Shown here: piece by piece, positions 38,759 through 48,489 of the stretch
Layout: each line of letters opens with the position of its first letter
Numbering within the stretch: the stretch's first letter is position 1
Assembly: GCA_007375535.1 (NCBI GenBank)
Contig: VMEM01000003.1
Location: 32,811-96,810, forward strand
Direction of reading: 5' to 3'
Source: Parcubacteria group bacterium LiPW_41
GTDB taxonomy: Bacteria; Patescibacteriota; Minisyncoccia; UBA6257; GWB1-50-10
Length of the DNA: 64,000 bases
Program-made: the position numbers and the translations under genes
Notes under the pieces: model-generated
What the model saw: only the letters and a program-made list of their open reading frames with translations
The model's database searches: none
Told to the model about the DNA's origin: nothing

Positions 38759-39361
38759 ATGCGAAGAATTAAAGAAAAAAAGGAACGATCACTTGGAACA
38801 AAGCTTTTCTTAAAAGCTGATCGTTGTTCTTCACCAAAATGTGTTACTGTTCGTCGCTTGGGGAAGCCGGGTCAACATGGTGCCCGTCGTTCTCAGGTTA
38901 CTGAATATGGAAAACAACTTCAGGAGAAGCAAAAAATTCAAATATTTTTTGGTTTAAATAACAAGCAGGTTCAAGTTATTTTTAATCGTGAGGATGACCC
39001 AGAAAAAATAAAGGCAGCACTTCGTGAGCGCCTTGATTTTGTTGTGTATCTTCTTGGTTTTGCAAAATCACCTCGTATTGCTCGTCAGATGGTTTCACAC
39101 GGACATATTGTAGTAAATGGAAGAAAGGTAACTATTGGTTCATTTCGAGTTAAGAAAGGAGATGTTGTTGGAATTCGTCCAGAATCTCGCGATTCGAAAC
39201 TTTTTGAAGGTATTAAGGATAGACTACAACACATCGCACCTCCTTCGTGGCTCAAACTTGATTCAAGTGATTTGAAAGGTGAGTGTGTCGCTTCTTCGGT
39301 ATCGGACACTTCTGAGTTCCCATTTAACGTCGCATTGGTTGGTCAATTTTATTCCCGATAA
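38759..39361 (+). CDS. rpsD: 30S ribosomal protein S4
   Basis: PGQHG, Y..QL.EKQK, RLD.VVY..GFA.S...ARQ.VSHGH. Confidence 0.96.
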   Translation: MRRIKEKKERSLGTKLFLKADRCSSPKCVTVRRLGKPGQHGARRSQVTEYGKQLQEKQKIQIFFGLNNKQVQVIFNREDDPEKIKAALRERLDFVVYLLGFAKSPRIARQMVSHGHIVVNGRKVTIGSFRVKKGDVVGIRPESRDSKLFEGIKDRLQHIAPPSWLKLDSSDLKGECVASSVSDTSEFPFNVALVGQFYSR

Positions 39362-39389
39362 AATACGGGAAATAGTGTATAGTTAAATT

Positions 39390-40127
39390 ATGAAATATTC
39401 TCATCTTAGCGAGACGGTATCAATAAAGAAAGTTTCAGAGAAAGACAATGTCGGTCTTTTTCATGTTGAAGGTTTATATACTGGATATGGAACAACATTA
39501 GGAAATGCGCTCCGCCGTGTATTACTTTCTTCGCTTCCTGGTGCTGCAATTACGCAAATAAAGATCAAGGGTATTGATCATGAATTTTCAGCGATTCCTG
39601 GAATGATGGAGGATGTTGTTGAATTTTCTTTAAATTTAAAAAAAGTTCGTTTTCATTTTTTTGCAGATGAACCACAAGTAATTCGCCTTCACACAAAGAA
39701 AGAGGGGAAGGTGCTTGCAGGTGACATTGAATCAAATACATTCGTTCAGGTAATCAATGAAGATGAATATCTTGGAACACTTTCAAAAAAGAATGCAGAA
39801 TTTGATATGGAACTTACTGTTGAAAAAGGACTCGGATATGTTCCTGCAGAATCAAGAAAGTTAGAGCGTCTTCCAATTGGCACTATCGTTCTTGATGCAA
39901 TATTTTCTCCAGTAACAAGAGTTGCATTTTCTGTTGAAAACATGCGCGTAGGAGATCGAACTGATTACAACCGATTAATTGTTGAAGTGGAAACCGATGG
40001 ATCAATTACCCCATCTGATGCATTTCACAAGAGTGTGAATATTTTGAAGGATCATTTTGAAAAAATCTCAGCAGTTGAGGTTATGAAAATCGAAAAACCA
40101 GCAGAAAAGAAGTCAAAGAAAAAATAA
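39390..40127 (+). CDS. rpoA: RNA polymerase alpha subunit (no C-terminal domain)
   Basis: GYGTTLGNALRRVLLSS.PGAA, HEFS.IPG..ED, KG.GYVPA, DA.FSPV..V; stops at 245 aa. Confidence 0.95.
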   Translation: MKYSHLSETVSIKKVSEKDNVGLFHVEGLYTGYGTTLGNALRRVLLSSLPGAAITQIKIKGIDHEFSAIPGMMEDVVEFSLNLKKVRFHFFADEPQVIRLHTKKEGKVLAGDIESNTFVQVINEDEYLGTLSKKNAEFDMELTVEKGLGYVPAESRKLERLPIGTIVLDAIFSPVTRVAFSVENMRVGDRTDYNRLIVEVETDGSITPSDAFHKSVNILKDHFEKISAVEVMKIEKPAEKKSKKK

Positions 40128-40141
40128 TTATCTGATATAGT

Positions 40142-40492
40142 ATGCGTCACGCAAATCAAGGAAGAAAATTTGGAAGAGAGAAAGGGCAAAGACAGGCATT
40201 TTTAAAGTCGCTTGCAAACAATCTCGTTCGTCATGAATCAATCGTGACAACTGAAGCTCGAGCGAAGGAAATTAGAATGCTCGTTGAGCGTTTGGTTACC
40301 TACGGAAAAAAGCAAAACGTTGCTGGACTTCGTGTTATCATGACCTATCTTCCAAAGACATCTGCATATAAGGTGTATCATGATCTTGCGTTACGATATG
40401 TGGAGAGAAAGGGGGGATACACTCGCATAATAAAAATTGCAAAGCCACGAAAAAATGATGCGTCAAAGATGGCGAAGATTGAATTTGTTTAA
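40142..40492 (+). CDS. rplQ: 50S ribosomal protein L17
   Basis: MRH...GRK.GR, I.TT.ARAKE, R.GGYTRIIK. Confidence 0.96.
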   Translation: MRHANQGRKFGREKGQRQAFLKSLANNLVRHESIVTTEARAKEIRMLVERLVTYGKKQNVAGLRVIMTYLPKTSAYKVYHDLALRYVERKGGYTRIIKIAKPRKNDASKMAKIEFV

Positions 40493-40497
40493 TTACT

Positions 40498-40839
40498 ATG
40501 GAATATAATATTGATGTAAAAGGAAAACCGATGGGACGTGTCGCTTCAGAAATTGCGATTATTTTGCAAGGAAAGAAAAATGCAAGTTACAACCCTAAAG
40601 ATGCAGGAACCGATTCAGTTTCGGTAACTGGAATAAAGGGATTAGTGCTTACTGGCAAAAAGACTCGCCAGAAGATGTATTACAAGCACACAGGACCATT
40701 AGGTCATTTAAAGGAGAGAAAATTTGTTGATGTATTTGAAAAGAATCCAGCGTGGGTATTGCGTCATGCAGTTCGCCTTATGCTTCCAAAAAACAAACTT
40801 CAAGCAGTTCGATTAAAGCGTCTTAAAATTGTTGATTAA
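40498..40839 (+). CDS. rplM: 50S ribosomal protein L13 (short)
   Basis: ID....GR.AS.IA..LQGK, TGKK...K.YY.HTG..G, AV..MLPKN.L. Confidence 0.95.
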   Translation: MEYNIDVKGKPMGRVASEIAIILQGKKNASYNPKDAGTDSVSVTGIKGLVLTGKKTRQKMYYKHTGPLGHLKERKFVDVFEKNPAWVLRHAVRLMLPKNKLQAVRLKRLKIVD

Positions 40840-40841
40840 TT

Positions 40842-41276
40842 ATGACTATTAAAGTAAAAGAGGCAGGAAAGCCAACAAAAGGAAATAAATATTTTGAAGC
40901 AGTAGGGCGCAGAAAAACTGCAGTTGCGCGCGTTCGTTTATTTACCGGAAAATTTGATAAAGGAGAGGTTACTATAAACGAGAAGAATTTTACAAAATAT
41001 TTTGGTACTGATCGTTTAAAGAAGATTGTTATTGATCCATTTACCACACTTTCGCTTGATTCATATAAAGTTTCAGTGAATGTTGTTGGAGGAGGAGTAA
41101 ATGCGCAAGCAGAAGCAATTCGACTTGGAATTTCGCGAGCACTTATAATGCTCAATCCAATTTGGAGGACAAATTTGAAAGTACTTGGATTTTTGAAGAG
41201 AGATCCACGAATGGTGGAACGAAAACATCCAGGACTCCGCAAAGCTCGCAGACCACAGCAATGGCGTAAACGTTAA
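40842..41276 (+). CDS. rpsI: 30S ribosomal protein S9
   Basis: GRRKTAVARV, V.GGG...QAEAIR.GI.RAL, RD.R..ERK..GL.KAR..Q..KR. Confidence 0.97.
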   Translation: MTIKVKEAGKPTKGNKYFEAVGRRKTAVARVRLFTGKFDKGEVTINEKNFTKYFGTDRLKKIVIDPFTTLSLDSYKVSVNVVGGGVNAQAEAIRLGISRALIMLNPIWRTNLKVLGFLKRDPRMVERKHPGLRKARRPQQWRKR

Positions 41277-41307
41277 AAAAGAAAAACCCGAAAGGGTTTT
41301 CTTTTTT
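41276..41307 (+). terminator. Terminator of the ribosomal operon
   Basis: AAAAAAGAAAAACCC-gaaa-GGGTTTTCTTTTTT. Confidence 0.8.
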
Positions 41308-41401
41308 AAAACGCCATTGCTGTGAGGGATGGGTGATGGGAAGGTCTCTCAATGTGGAATATAACACTTGCGTATTTTTATGCTTTTATATACTATCTCT
41401 A

Positions 41402-41632
41402 TAGTACTTTGATCTTCCAGAAAACCGGATTTTGGAATAGAGGTATCGTCTTTTACTGAGGTGGTTCAGATAGCCCCTTAATAATGGATATTGTTGGTGA
41501 AAGAAGACAAATGCGATGGGAAATCACCTTCCCTTAATGTGTCCCGGACATTGGACTCAAGCGCGCCTTATTTGAACTCGTGACGTATCACTTGTTCTAA
41601 TAGGTAGGGTTATGGTTGCGGGAGCCATACAC
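41402..41632 (+). ncRNA. Candidate structured non-coding RNA (unassigned)
   Basis: TTGCGT-17-TACTAT promoter (41368-41396), successive hairpins, no ORF with a credible start. Confidence 0.35.
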
Positions 41633-41690
41633 TCGAATATTTTCGTTGTTCTTTATATATAAATCTAATCGCACATATTGTGCGATTTTT

Positions 41691-43064
41691 TTATTCTTCA
41701 ATTGTTGTCTTAAGAAATTCACCACCATCAGTAAGAACAAAGAGATCTCCACTAATAAGGAGTGATTTTTTAACCTCCTTTGCAATCGTTGCAACATTTC
41801 TTGGTTGTCTAATATCGGTTTCTTCAATGCGGATATTTTTTCCTACTTTTATCATGAAGTAGTTTTCAGCAAACGGAATCCATTCAAAAGTGTTTAAGTC
41901 AGCACCAGAAGAGATAGAAAATGAGTCAATTGATCCCTCTGGTTTCATCACATCTCCTTCGTAGTCCTCGAGGTAGAGAATGGATGCGATGTGGTTTGTA
42001 TCAATGAAGGCAGCGCGGAGACTATCTGGAGAAAATGTTGCATACTCGATATTTGTTCCTATTCTTTCTACTGTTTGGGCTGTACGATTGAATAAATCGA
42101 GTGTCTTGTCTGAATTGAGAAGGAATGCATACGAACCATCTTTACTTGGTATTATTTCTTTTGTAGTTGAGGCATTTATTGGAAACACATATTTTGAATC
42201 AAGAATAAGGTTTCTGATTACGAGATCTCCTTCTTTGTTTGTAACAAACAATTCTTTTGCTCCAAGTCCAATTGCCTTTGGTGTTCCTTCGGTTTCAATG
42301 GTTCCGATGGAACTTTTCTTTAGATCAAAAATATAGAGATTTTTGGCGGTTTGTATGAGGAGTTTTGTTTTGCTGAATGGATGAAACGATATTTTTTGAA
42401 TCTGAGTGAGATCTGTTATGTCTTCTGATTCGATGATTGTTCTAAATAAGACAGAAAAATCGCGGGCAACTGTTGGGTTTGTTAGATCAATTAAAAATAG
42501 TGATGAACCTTTTCTTGTGACAATATAAGAAGAGCTCATGTCGTATGCTTCCACTTTTGATCCTTTTATTGTCTTCTCGTCTTCGAGTAAGAGTGTTGAG
42601 CTTGTTGTTTCAAAGATAAAACCCTGAGATGTTGGAAATACATTGTTTATGTTTTTATTGAGTGTCTCGAATTCTTGAGTAATTTTCCAGAGTGTTATGC
42701 GAGCAGAGACTGAAACTTTTCCTGGAGTTACTTCGAGAGTTTTTGTAAATGGTGTGTACCCATCTTTCATTATTGAGATTGAGTAGTTTCTTGGAACGAG
42801 GTTCGAAATAAGAATTCCACCACCGAACATGCCTTGTGTTTTTGGATATTTTTTCCCATCAATGAATATTGAGGCATCCGTTGGGGTAAAGTGTACAAAA
42901 ATTGAGCCAGATTTTGTTAATCGGAAATGCTCTGTATCAAAAACAAGTCCCTGCATAGCAAGTACTGCATATGTCCCTGCAACAATAAAAATAATCGTGC
43001 AGAGCACGAAAAGCATCGTTCTTGTGGTTTTTCTAACAACCATAATTCTTTTATATGATACCAT
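41691..43064 (-). CDS. PEGA-domain membrane-anchored protein with a beta-propeller-like C-terminus
   Basis: N-terminal TM helix; G.I.V...P.DA.I.IDGK, L.P..Y.I.I.KDGY..F.K; FSPD repeats. Confidence 0.75.
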   Translation of the reverse strand: MVSYKRIMVVRKTTRTMLFVLCTIIFIVAGTYAVLAMQGLVFDTEHFRLTKSGSIFVHFTPTDASIFIDGKKYPKTQGMFGGGILISNLVPRNYSISIMKDGYTPFTKTLEVTPGKVSVSARITLWKITQEFETLNKNINNVFPTSQGFIFETTSSTLLLEDEKTIKGSKVEAYDMSSSYIVTRKGSSLFLIDLTNPTVARDFSVLFRTIIESEDITDLTQIQKISFHPFSKTKLLIQTAKNLYIFDLKKSSIGTIETEGTPKAIGLGAKELFVTNKEGDLVIRNLILDSKYVFPINASTTKEIIPSKDGSYAFLLNSDKTLDLFNRTAQTVERIGTNIEYATFSPDSLRAAFIDTNHIASILYLEDYEGDVMKPEGSIDSFSISSGADLNTFEWIPFAENYFMIKVGKNIRIEETDIRQPRNVATIAKEVKKSLLISGDLFVLTDGGEFLKTTIEE

Positions 43065-43184
43065 GTTTCTTTACTTTTGAAAAGCTTTGTGTTTCTTTTT
43101 TATTTCTTTGCATTTTTAAATAAAGGATAGTAAAGTGAGAGTGTTGATTTTTTGAGGGTTGGTAGAAGATTGATACTTTTATTT

Positions 43185-44189
43185 ATGTTTACACGAAAAA
43201 TTGGAATAGATCTTGGAACAACAAATACACTTGTGTTTCTTCCTGAACGGGGGATTGTTATTAACGAACCGACGGTAGTTGCACTTCGAAAGCCAGACAA
43301 TACTGTGCTTGCGGTAGGAGCCGAAGCAAAAGAGATGGTAGGAAGAACCCCTGATGATATTGTGACATACCGACCGCTAAAAGATGGAGTAATTGCGGAG
43401 TATTTTATTACTCAAGCGATGTTAAAATATTTTATTTCAAAGAGTATTGGTAAATTTAATATTGTTAAGCCTGAGGTTGTCATTTCTGTTCCTGCGGGAA
43501 TTACATCGACAGAATATCGTGCGGTTATGAACGCGGCGAAAGAGGCTGGGGCACGAGATGTGTATTTGGTGAAGGAGCCACTTCTCGCTTCTCTTGGCGC
43601 GGGAATTCCAATTCATTCTGCTGAAGGAAACATGATTGTAAATATTGGTGGTGGAACAACCGAGGTTGCTGTTATTTCCTTAGGAGGAATTGTTACATGG
43701 AATAGTTTGCGTGTTGCGGGAAACAAACTTGATAATGCTATTTCTGAATATATAAAGAAGAAGTATGCCCTTGCGATTGGTGAAAATACCGCTGAAAACA
43801 TCAAAATTACCATTGGAACTGCGATGCAGAATCGAAACAAGATGGAAATGAAGATCAGGGGACGTGACCTTCATACGGGACTTCCAAAGGATATGACAGT
43901 GAATTCAAATGAGATTGCTGAAGCGATAAACCCACATCTTGTTGAAATTATGAATGCAGTTCAAGGAGTGTTTAATGTAACCCCACCAGAGCTTGCGGCG
44001 GATATTATGGAGAAGGGAATTATTCTTTCTGGAGGAAGCTCGAACTTAAGAGACTTAGAAGAATTTTTTAAACGCTCACTTGGTGTTTCGGCATATCTTG
44101 CCGAAGAATCAATTCTTTGTGTTGCAAAAGGAACTGCGACTATTTTGAATCACCTTGATATTTATAAGCGCACTTTACTTAGAAAATAA
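43185..44189 (+). CDS. mreB: Rod shape-determining protein MreB/Mbl (copy 1)
   Basis: IGIDLGT.NT, EPTVVA, RPLKDGVIA, IGGGTTEVA, TPPELAADI, GI.L.GG. Confidence 0.93.
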   Translation: MFTRKIGIDLGTTNTLVFLPERGIVINEPTVVALRKPDNTVLAVGAEAKEMVGRTPDDIVTYRPLKDGVIAEYFITQAMLKYFISKSIGKFNIVKPEVVISVPAGITSTEYRAVMNAAKEAGARDVYLVKEPLLASLGAGIPIHSAEGNMIVNIGGGTTEVAVISLGGIVTWNSLRVAGNKLDNAISEYIKKKYALAIGENTAENIKITIGTAMQNRNKMEMKIRGRDLHTGLPKDMTVNSNEIAEAINPHLVEIMNAVQGVFNVTPPELAADIMEKGIILSGGSSNLRDLEEFFKRSLGVSAYLAEESILCVAKGTATILNHLDIYKRTLLRK

Positions 44190-44203
44190 ATCAATTTTGA
44201 TTT

Positions 44204-44962
44204 ATGTATTTCAATAATAATAACCGCGACTTATTTATAAAAGCATTTGAAAATAATACACTTAGTGCTTCATATTGTTTTTTTGGAGATGATGGCGTTG
44301 GAAAGATGACATGTGCACGAGCAATTGCATCATATATTGAAACAAAAACCTTTGATTCAAATTTTGTTGATGCGCGAATCTTTTTTCCAAATGAAAAAGG
44401 AACATTTGGTATTGATGAGGCGCGTGGAGTAAAGAACTTTTGTTCAAGCGCTCCTCTTGTCTCAAAAAGAAAGACTGCAATTATACGATGTGGAGAAAAT
44501 ATAACGGATCAGGCGCAATCCGCACTTCTTAAGTTGCTTGAAGAACCACCAGCGCATACATTAATTATTCTCATCGTGAGAAACAGAGAACTGCTTTTTG
44601 CTCCGCTTCTTTCTCGTTTACAGTGTATTTATTTTTCGCGATACACGCGAAAACAAATCGTTGATTTTCTTGTGTCGGAACATAAGATTTTAGGAAGTGA
44701 AGCAGAGAAAATTGCAGAGTTTTCGTTTGGGAGTCTAGGAAGGGCACTTTCGATAGCAAAAAAAGAAATAGAGGTCACTGATCATATAGAGGGGTATATT
44801 GAGAGAGAAATTGAGCGATATTATAAAGATAGCGCATTAAAGAATTCTTCAGTATTGGCGAAACTCCTTAAGAAAGAAGCAGATATAAAGGAATTTGTTG
44901 TAAATGGACCATTGCAAAAAAAGGCGATTCAATATCTTGAGAATGAAACTCAGGTCTCGTAA
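44204..44962 (+). CDS. holB: DNA polymerase III delta-prime-like subunit
   Basis: Y.F.G..GVGK...A, IDE.R, AQ.ALLK.LEEPP, SR. Confidence 0.8.
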   Translation: MYFNNNNRDLFIKAFENNTLSASYCFFGDDGVGKMTCARAIASYIETKTFDSNFVDARIFFPNEKGTFGIDEARGVKNFCSSAPLVSKRKTAIIRCGENITDQAQSALLKLLEEPPAHTLIILIVRNRELLFAPLLSRLQCIYFSRYTRKQIVDFLVSEHKILGSEAEKIAEFSFGSLGRALSIAKKEIEVTDHIEGYIEREIERYYKDSALKNSSVLAKLLKKEADIKEFVVNGPLQKKAIQYLENETQVS

Positions 44963-44997
44963 TTCGATGGTAATTATGCGAGAATAAGAAATATTAT

Positions 44998-45549
44998 ATG
45001 CATCAAAGTTTAATTGAATTTAAAGAAACGGCAAAAAAAATTGTTGAAGATTTCAAAAAAGAAATTTCTGGAGTACGAGCAAATCGTCCTTCGGCAGCCT
45101 TGATTGAAGAAATAAAAGTTATTTATTACGGCAATCCAACACCATTGAAACATGTTGGTACTATTTCCGTGTTACCACCCCGTGAGCTTCAGGTTCAATT
45201 TTGGGATAAGGAAGCGGTTGCACCTTCAGCGAAAGCAATTGAATCATCTGCTTTGGGGCTTACTCCAAATATCGAAGGAAATACTATTCGTATTTTTCTT
45301 CCCGAACTTTCAAGTGAACGAAGGGATGAGTTAGCAAAATATGCAAAAAAAATATCTGAAGAATACAGAATTTCACTTCGTCATTCGCGCGATGAGGCAA
45401 ACAAAGGTGCTCAGGCGGCATTTGATGAAAAAGAGATTGGAGAGGATATGAAATTTAAATTAAAAGAAGAGATTCAGAAACAAACTGAAGAAACAAACAA
45501 ATTAATTGAGGAGGTATTGGATAAGAAGATTGCAGAAATTCACGAATAA
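44998..45549 (+). CDS. frr: Ribosome recycling factor
   Basis: R..R....L.E.I.V.YYG, I...LGL.P, PEL..ERR.EL.K. Confidence 0.93.
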   Translation: MHQSLIEFKETAKKIVEDFKKEISGVRANRPSAALIEEIKVIYYGNPTPLKHVGTISVLPPRELQVQFWDKEAVAPSAKAIESSALGLTPNIEGNTIRIFLPELSSERRDELAKYAKKISEEYRISLRHSRDEANKGAQAAFDEKEIGEDMKFKLKEEIQKQTEETNKLIEEVLDKKIAEIHE

Positions 45550-45554
45550 TTTCA

Positions 45555-46595
45555 ATGATTACTTTTATTGTTATTGTAGGAATTATATTTCTCATTCTTG
45601 CGCATGAATGTGGACATTTTTTTGTGGCGCGAAAGTTTAAGGTAACCGTTGAAGAGTTTGGTATTGGATATCCTCCTCGTATATGGAGCAAAACAAAGGA
45701 TGGGGTGGTATGGAGTATTAACGCGCTTCCTTTTGGTGGGTTTGTGAAGATTCTTGGAGAAGATGGAGGAAATAATGATCCAAACTCATTTTCAAAACAA
45801 AAAATTTGGAAAAGAATTTCTATTTTGTCTGCAGGGGTTCTTATGAACATCCTTGTCGGTTGGATTTTTTTCTCTGGGGTGTATATGACTGGGAGTCCTG
45901 AGCGCGCCATTGTAATGGACGTAAAACAAAATACTCCCGCGGCGATTGCGGGAATAGAAAAGGGGGACATAGTACTTGCACTTGAGTCTTCTGATGTAGG
46001 AATAGTAAAAAAACCAAACGCAGATGAATTTATTTCATTTACTGGAAAAGCGGTAGGTAAGGAGATGGTAATTGAAGTATCTCGACAGGGTAACAATAAA
46101 ATGTTTACCGTCATACCAAGAATAAATCCACCAGAAGGAGAGGGGGCATTAGGTGTTTCGATAACAAATGCAGGGTTCCCACGACAGTCATTTTTTTCTT
46201 CAATTCTAAGTGGATTTACAACAACTATTAGTGTTATTGGTGCGATTGTTGTGGGTTTGTTTAGTTTTTTTGCTCACATCTTTTCTCCTAATGGATTTGA
46301 TGCTGTTGCGGGTCCAATTGGGGTTGTGAAGATGGCATCAGAGATGGGAACATTGGGACTTTCTTATGTATTTCAAATTATTGGACTTATTTCCATTAAT
46401 CTTGCGATTCTTAATTTAATTCCATTTCCTGCACTTGATGGGGGGCGAATACTTTTCCTTATTATTGAAAAATTTAGGGGGAAGCCAGCACCAGAAAAAA
46501 TTGAGCAATGGGTAAATATGGCGGGATTTTTTATACTTATTGCACTTATGATCGCGGTTACATTTAAAGATTTGTCGCGGTTGTTTTCGGCCTAG
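45555..46595 (+). CDS. rseP: Site-2 protease RseP (M50 family, PDZ)
   Basis: HECGH, EFGIG.PP, LPFGGFVKI.GE, AGV.MN, NLIPFPALDGGR. Confidence 0.93.
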   Translation: MITFIVIVGIIFLILAHECGHFFVARKFKVTVEEFGIGYPPRIWSKTKDGVVWSINALPFGGFVKILGEDGGNNDPNSFSKQKIWKRISILSAGVLMNILVGWIFFSGVYMTGSPERAIVMDVKQNTPAAIAGIEKGDIVLALESSDVGIVKKPNADEFISFTGKAVGKEMVIEVSRQGNNKMFTVIPRINPPEGEGALGVSITNAGFPRQSFFSSILSGFTTTISVIGAIVVGLFSFFAHIFSPNGFDAVAGPIGVVKMASEMGTLGLSYVFQIIGLISINLAILNLIPFPALDGGRILFLIIEKFRGKPAPEKIEQWVNMAGFFILIALMIAVTFKDLSRLFSA

Positions 46596-46665
46596 TTTAG
46601 ATATCTATTTGAAAAAAAGGCATAAACCGTTCTATACTGTGATATAGAGCGGTTTTTATATATTT

Positions 46666-46790
46666 ATCCCGTTAGAAACCGCGATCGCTTTGAGGGATAG
46701 GAAAATAATAAAACTATGAACCTTAGTCGAAACAATAAATTTATTCAACATGTCGCATCATTTTCGATTGCGATCTGTTTCTAACGGGAT
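46666..46790. repeat. CCCGTTAG-family inverted-repeat element, copy 2 (ends on the proS ATG)
   Basis: ATCCCGTTAGAAAC (46666-79) ... GTTTCTAACGGGAT (46777-90). Confidence 0.9.
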
Positions 46791-48489
46791 GCGACAATCT
46801 CACTATTTTTTGAAGACAAGCAAGACATTTTCCGAGGAGGATTCGATCATTTCAGCTCGTCTTTTAAAACAGGCAGGCTTTATTCAGGAGTCAGTGGCTG
46901 GCCGATATTATTTTTTACCAATTGGATATAAGGTCCAACAGAATATTATGAAGGTGGTAAAAGAGGAAATGGATAGGGTGGGGGCACAGGAAATGATTGC
47001 TCCAATTTTGCATCCACTTGAATTATGGAAAGAAACAAATAGGACTAACACTACTGGGTTTGAATTAATGAAGGTGAAAGATCGCCGTGGATCAGAGTTC
47101 GCCTTAGGAGGAACAGCCGAGGAAATGTTTGTTGATTTGGTTCGAAAATATGAATTGAGTTATAAAAATCTTCCATTTCATTTATATCAATTTTCTCCAA
47201 AATTTCGGGATGAGATTCGTGCGCGCGGAGGATTACTTCGAGTGCGTGAATTTATCATGAAAGATGGATATTCATTTCATAGAAATGAGGATGATTTTAA
47301 AACAACATATGAGGAGATGAAGAATGTGTATTCAAAGATATTTGAGAGAATGGGGCTCAAAACTGTCATTGTTGAAGCAGATAATGGATACATTGGTGGT
47401 GAATATTGTCATGAATTTATTGTTGAAGCCGAGAACGGAGAAAGTAGATTTTTTGTGTCGGAAGACGGGATATATGCCGCACACGAAGACATTGCAAAAT
47501 TTAAGCGCGATCCGGCAAATGCTAACGAAAAAGAATTGCCGTTTGAAATTATCTCACAACCTGAATGGGTGCAAACGATGGATGATAATGTAAAACATTA
47601 TCAAAAAGACAAAAAACATTTTCTAAAGAATGTAGTGTATAAAAATAGTACAACTGGGGAACTTATTATTGCTGTAGTGACAGGGGACTTAGAGGTGAAT
47701 CAGACAAAACTCGAACATGTACTAAAGATGGTTGGACAGCTTTCTCCTGCGGAAGATGCTGATTTAGAGAAGTTAGGAACGAAACACGGATATGTCCACT
47801 CATGGGGGCATAACGCGCGGTACATCGGAGATATTGTTCTTGCTGAAGCCAAAAATCTCATTGGAGGATTAAAGGAAGATACAACCGACTCAATTAATGT
47901 AAATCATGGGAGAGACTTCACTTGTGAGTTTCTTGCGGATATTGCATCAGCGAAGCCAGGCGATAAGTCAGAGGGTGGAAGTGTATTAGTAGAGAAGCGA
48001 GGAATAGAGGTAGGAAACACTTTCCAGCTTGGGTATCATTACACCACCCTTATGAAGGGGGCGACCTATAAAGATGAGGATGGTACTGAGAAGCCATTTT
48101 ATATGGGATGTTATGGAATAGGTATTGGTCGCACCATGGCAACATTGGTTGAGCAGTTTCATGATGCAAGGGGAATACAATGGCCAGAAGTAATTGCTCC
48201 ATTTAAGGTTCATCTGATTGCATTGCTTACAAAAGACGAAGATTTGAAAAAGGAGGCAGAATTACTCTATACTAGGCTTGTTGCATTAGGGGTAGAGGTA
48301 TTATTTGATGATCGAGAAGGAGTTTCTGCTGGTGAAAAACTTGCCGATGCAGACCTTGTTGGAATCCCTTATCGAGTGCTTATAAGTGAGAAAACAAGAA
48401 AAGAGGGAAAATTGGAATTGAAAAAGAGAATAGAAACTGTCGCACAATTATTGAGTGAGGATGAAATAATAAAAATTGTTACAAAATGA
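46789..48489 (+). CDS. proS: Proline--tRNA ligase (bacterial type with editing insertion)
   Basis: MRQS start, KFRDEIRARGGLLRVREFIMKDGYSF, GIEVGN.FQLG, MGCYGIG.GR, anticodon-binding domain. Confidence 0.96.
   Translation: MRQSHYFLKTSKTFSEEDSIISARLLKQAGFIQESVAGRYYFLPIGYKVQQNIMKVVKEEMDRVGAQEMIAPILHPLELWKETNRTNTTGFELMKVKDRRGSEFALGGTAEEMFVDLVRKYELSYKNLPFHLYQFSPKFRDEIRARGGLLRVREFIMKDGYSFHRNEDDFKTTYEEMKNVYSKIFERMGLKTVIVEADNGYIGGEYCHEFIVEAENGESRFFVSEDGIYAAHEDIAKFKRDPANANEKELPFEIISQPEWVQTMDDNVKHYQKDKKHFLKNVVYKNSTTGELIIAVVTGDLEVNQTKLEHVLKMVGQLSPAEDADLEKLGTKHGYVHSWGHNARYIGDIVLAEAKNLIGGLKEDTTDSINVNHGRDFTCEFLADIASAKPGDKSEGGSVLVEKRGIEVGNTFQLGYHYTTLMKGATYKDEDGTEKPFYMGCYGIGIGRTMATLVEQFHDARGIQWPEVIAPFKVHLIALLTKDEDLKKEAELLYTRLVALGVEVLFDDREGVSAGEKLADADLVGIPYRVLISEKTRKEGKLELKKRIETVAQLLSEDEIIKIVTK

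Noticed and set aside
39362-39384. Weak 7-nt periodicity between rpsD and rpoA (GAAATAG TGTATAG)
   Set aside because: Only two or three degenerate units, not distinguishable from chance
46624-46655. Hairpin AAACCGTTCTATA/TATAGAGCGGTTT before proS as a T-box or riboswitch
   Set aside because: No T-box consensus or specifier stem; more simply the rseP terminator overlapping a promoter
46750-46788. N-terminal extension MSHHFRLRSVSNG of ProS
   Set aside because: Derives from the CCCGTTAG element's right arm; ProS homologues begin MRQS at 46789
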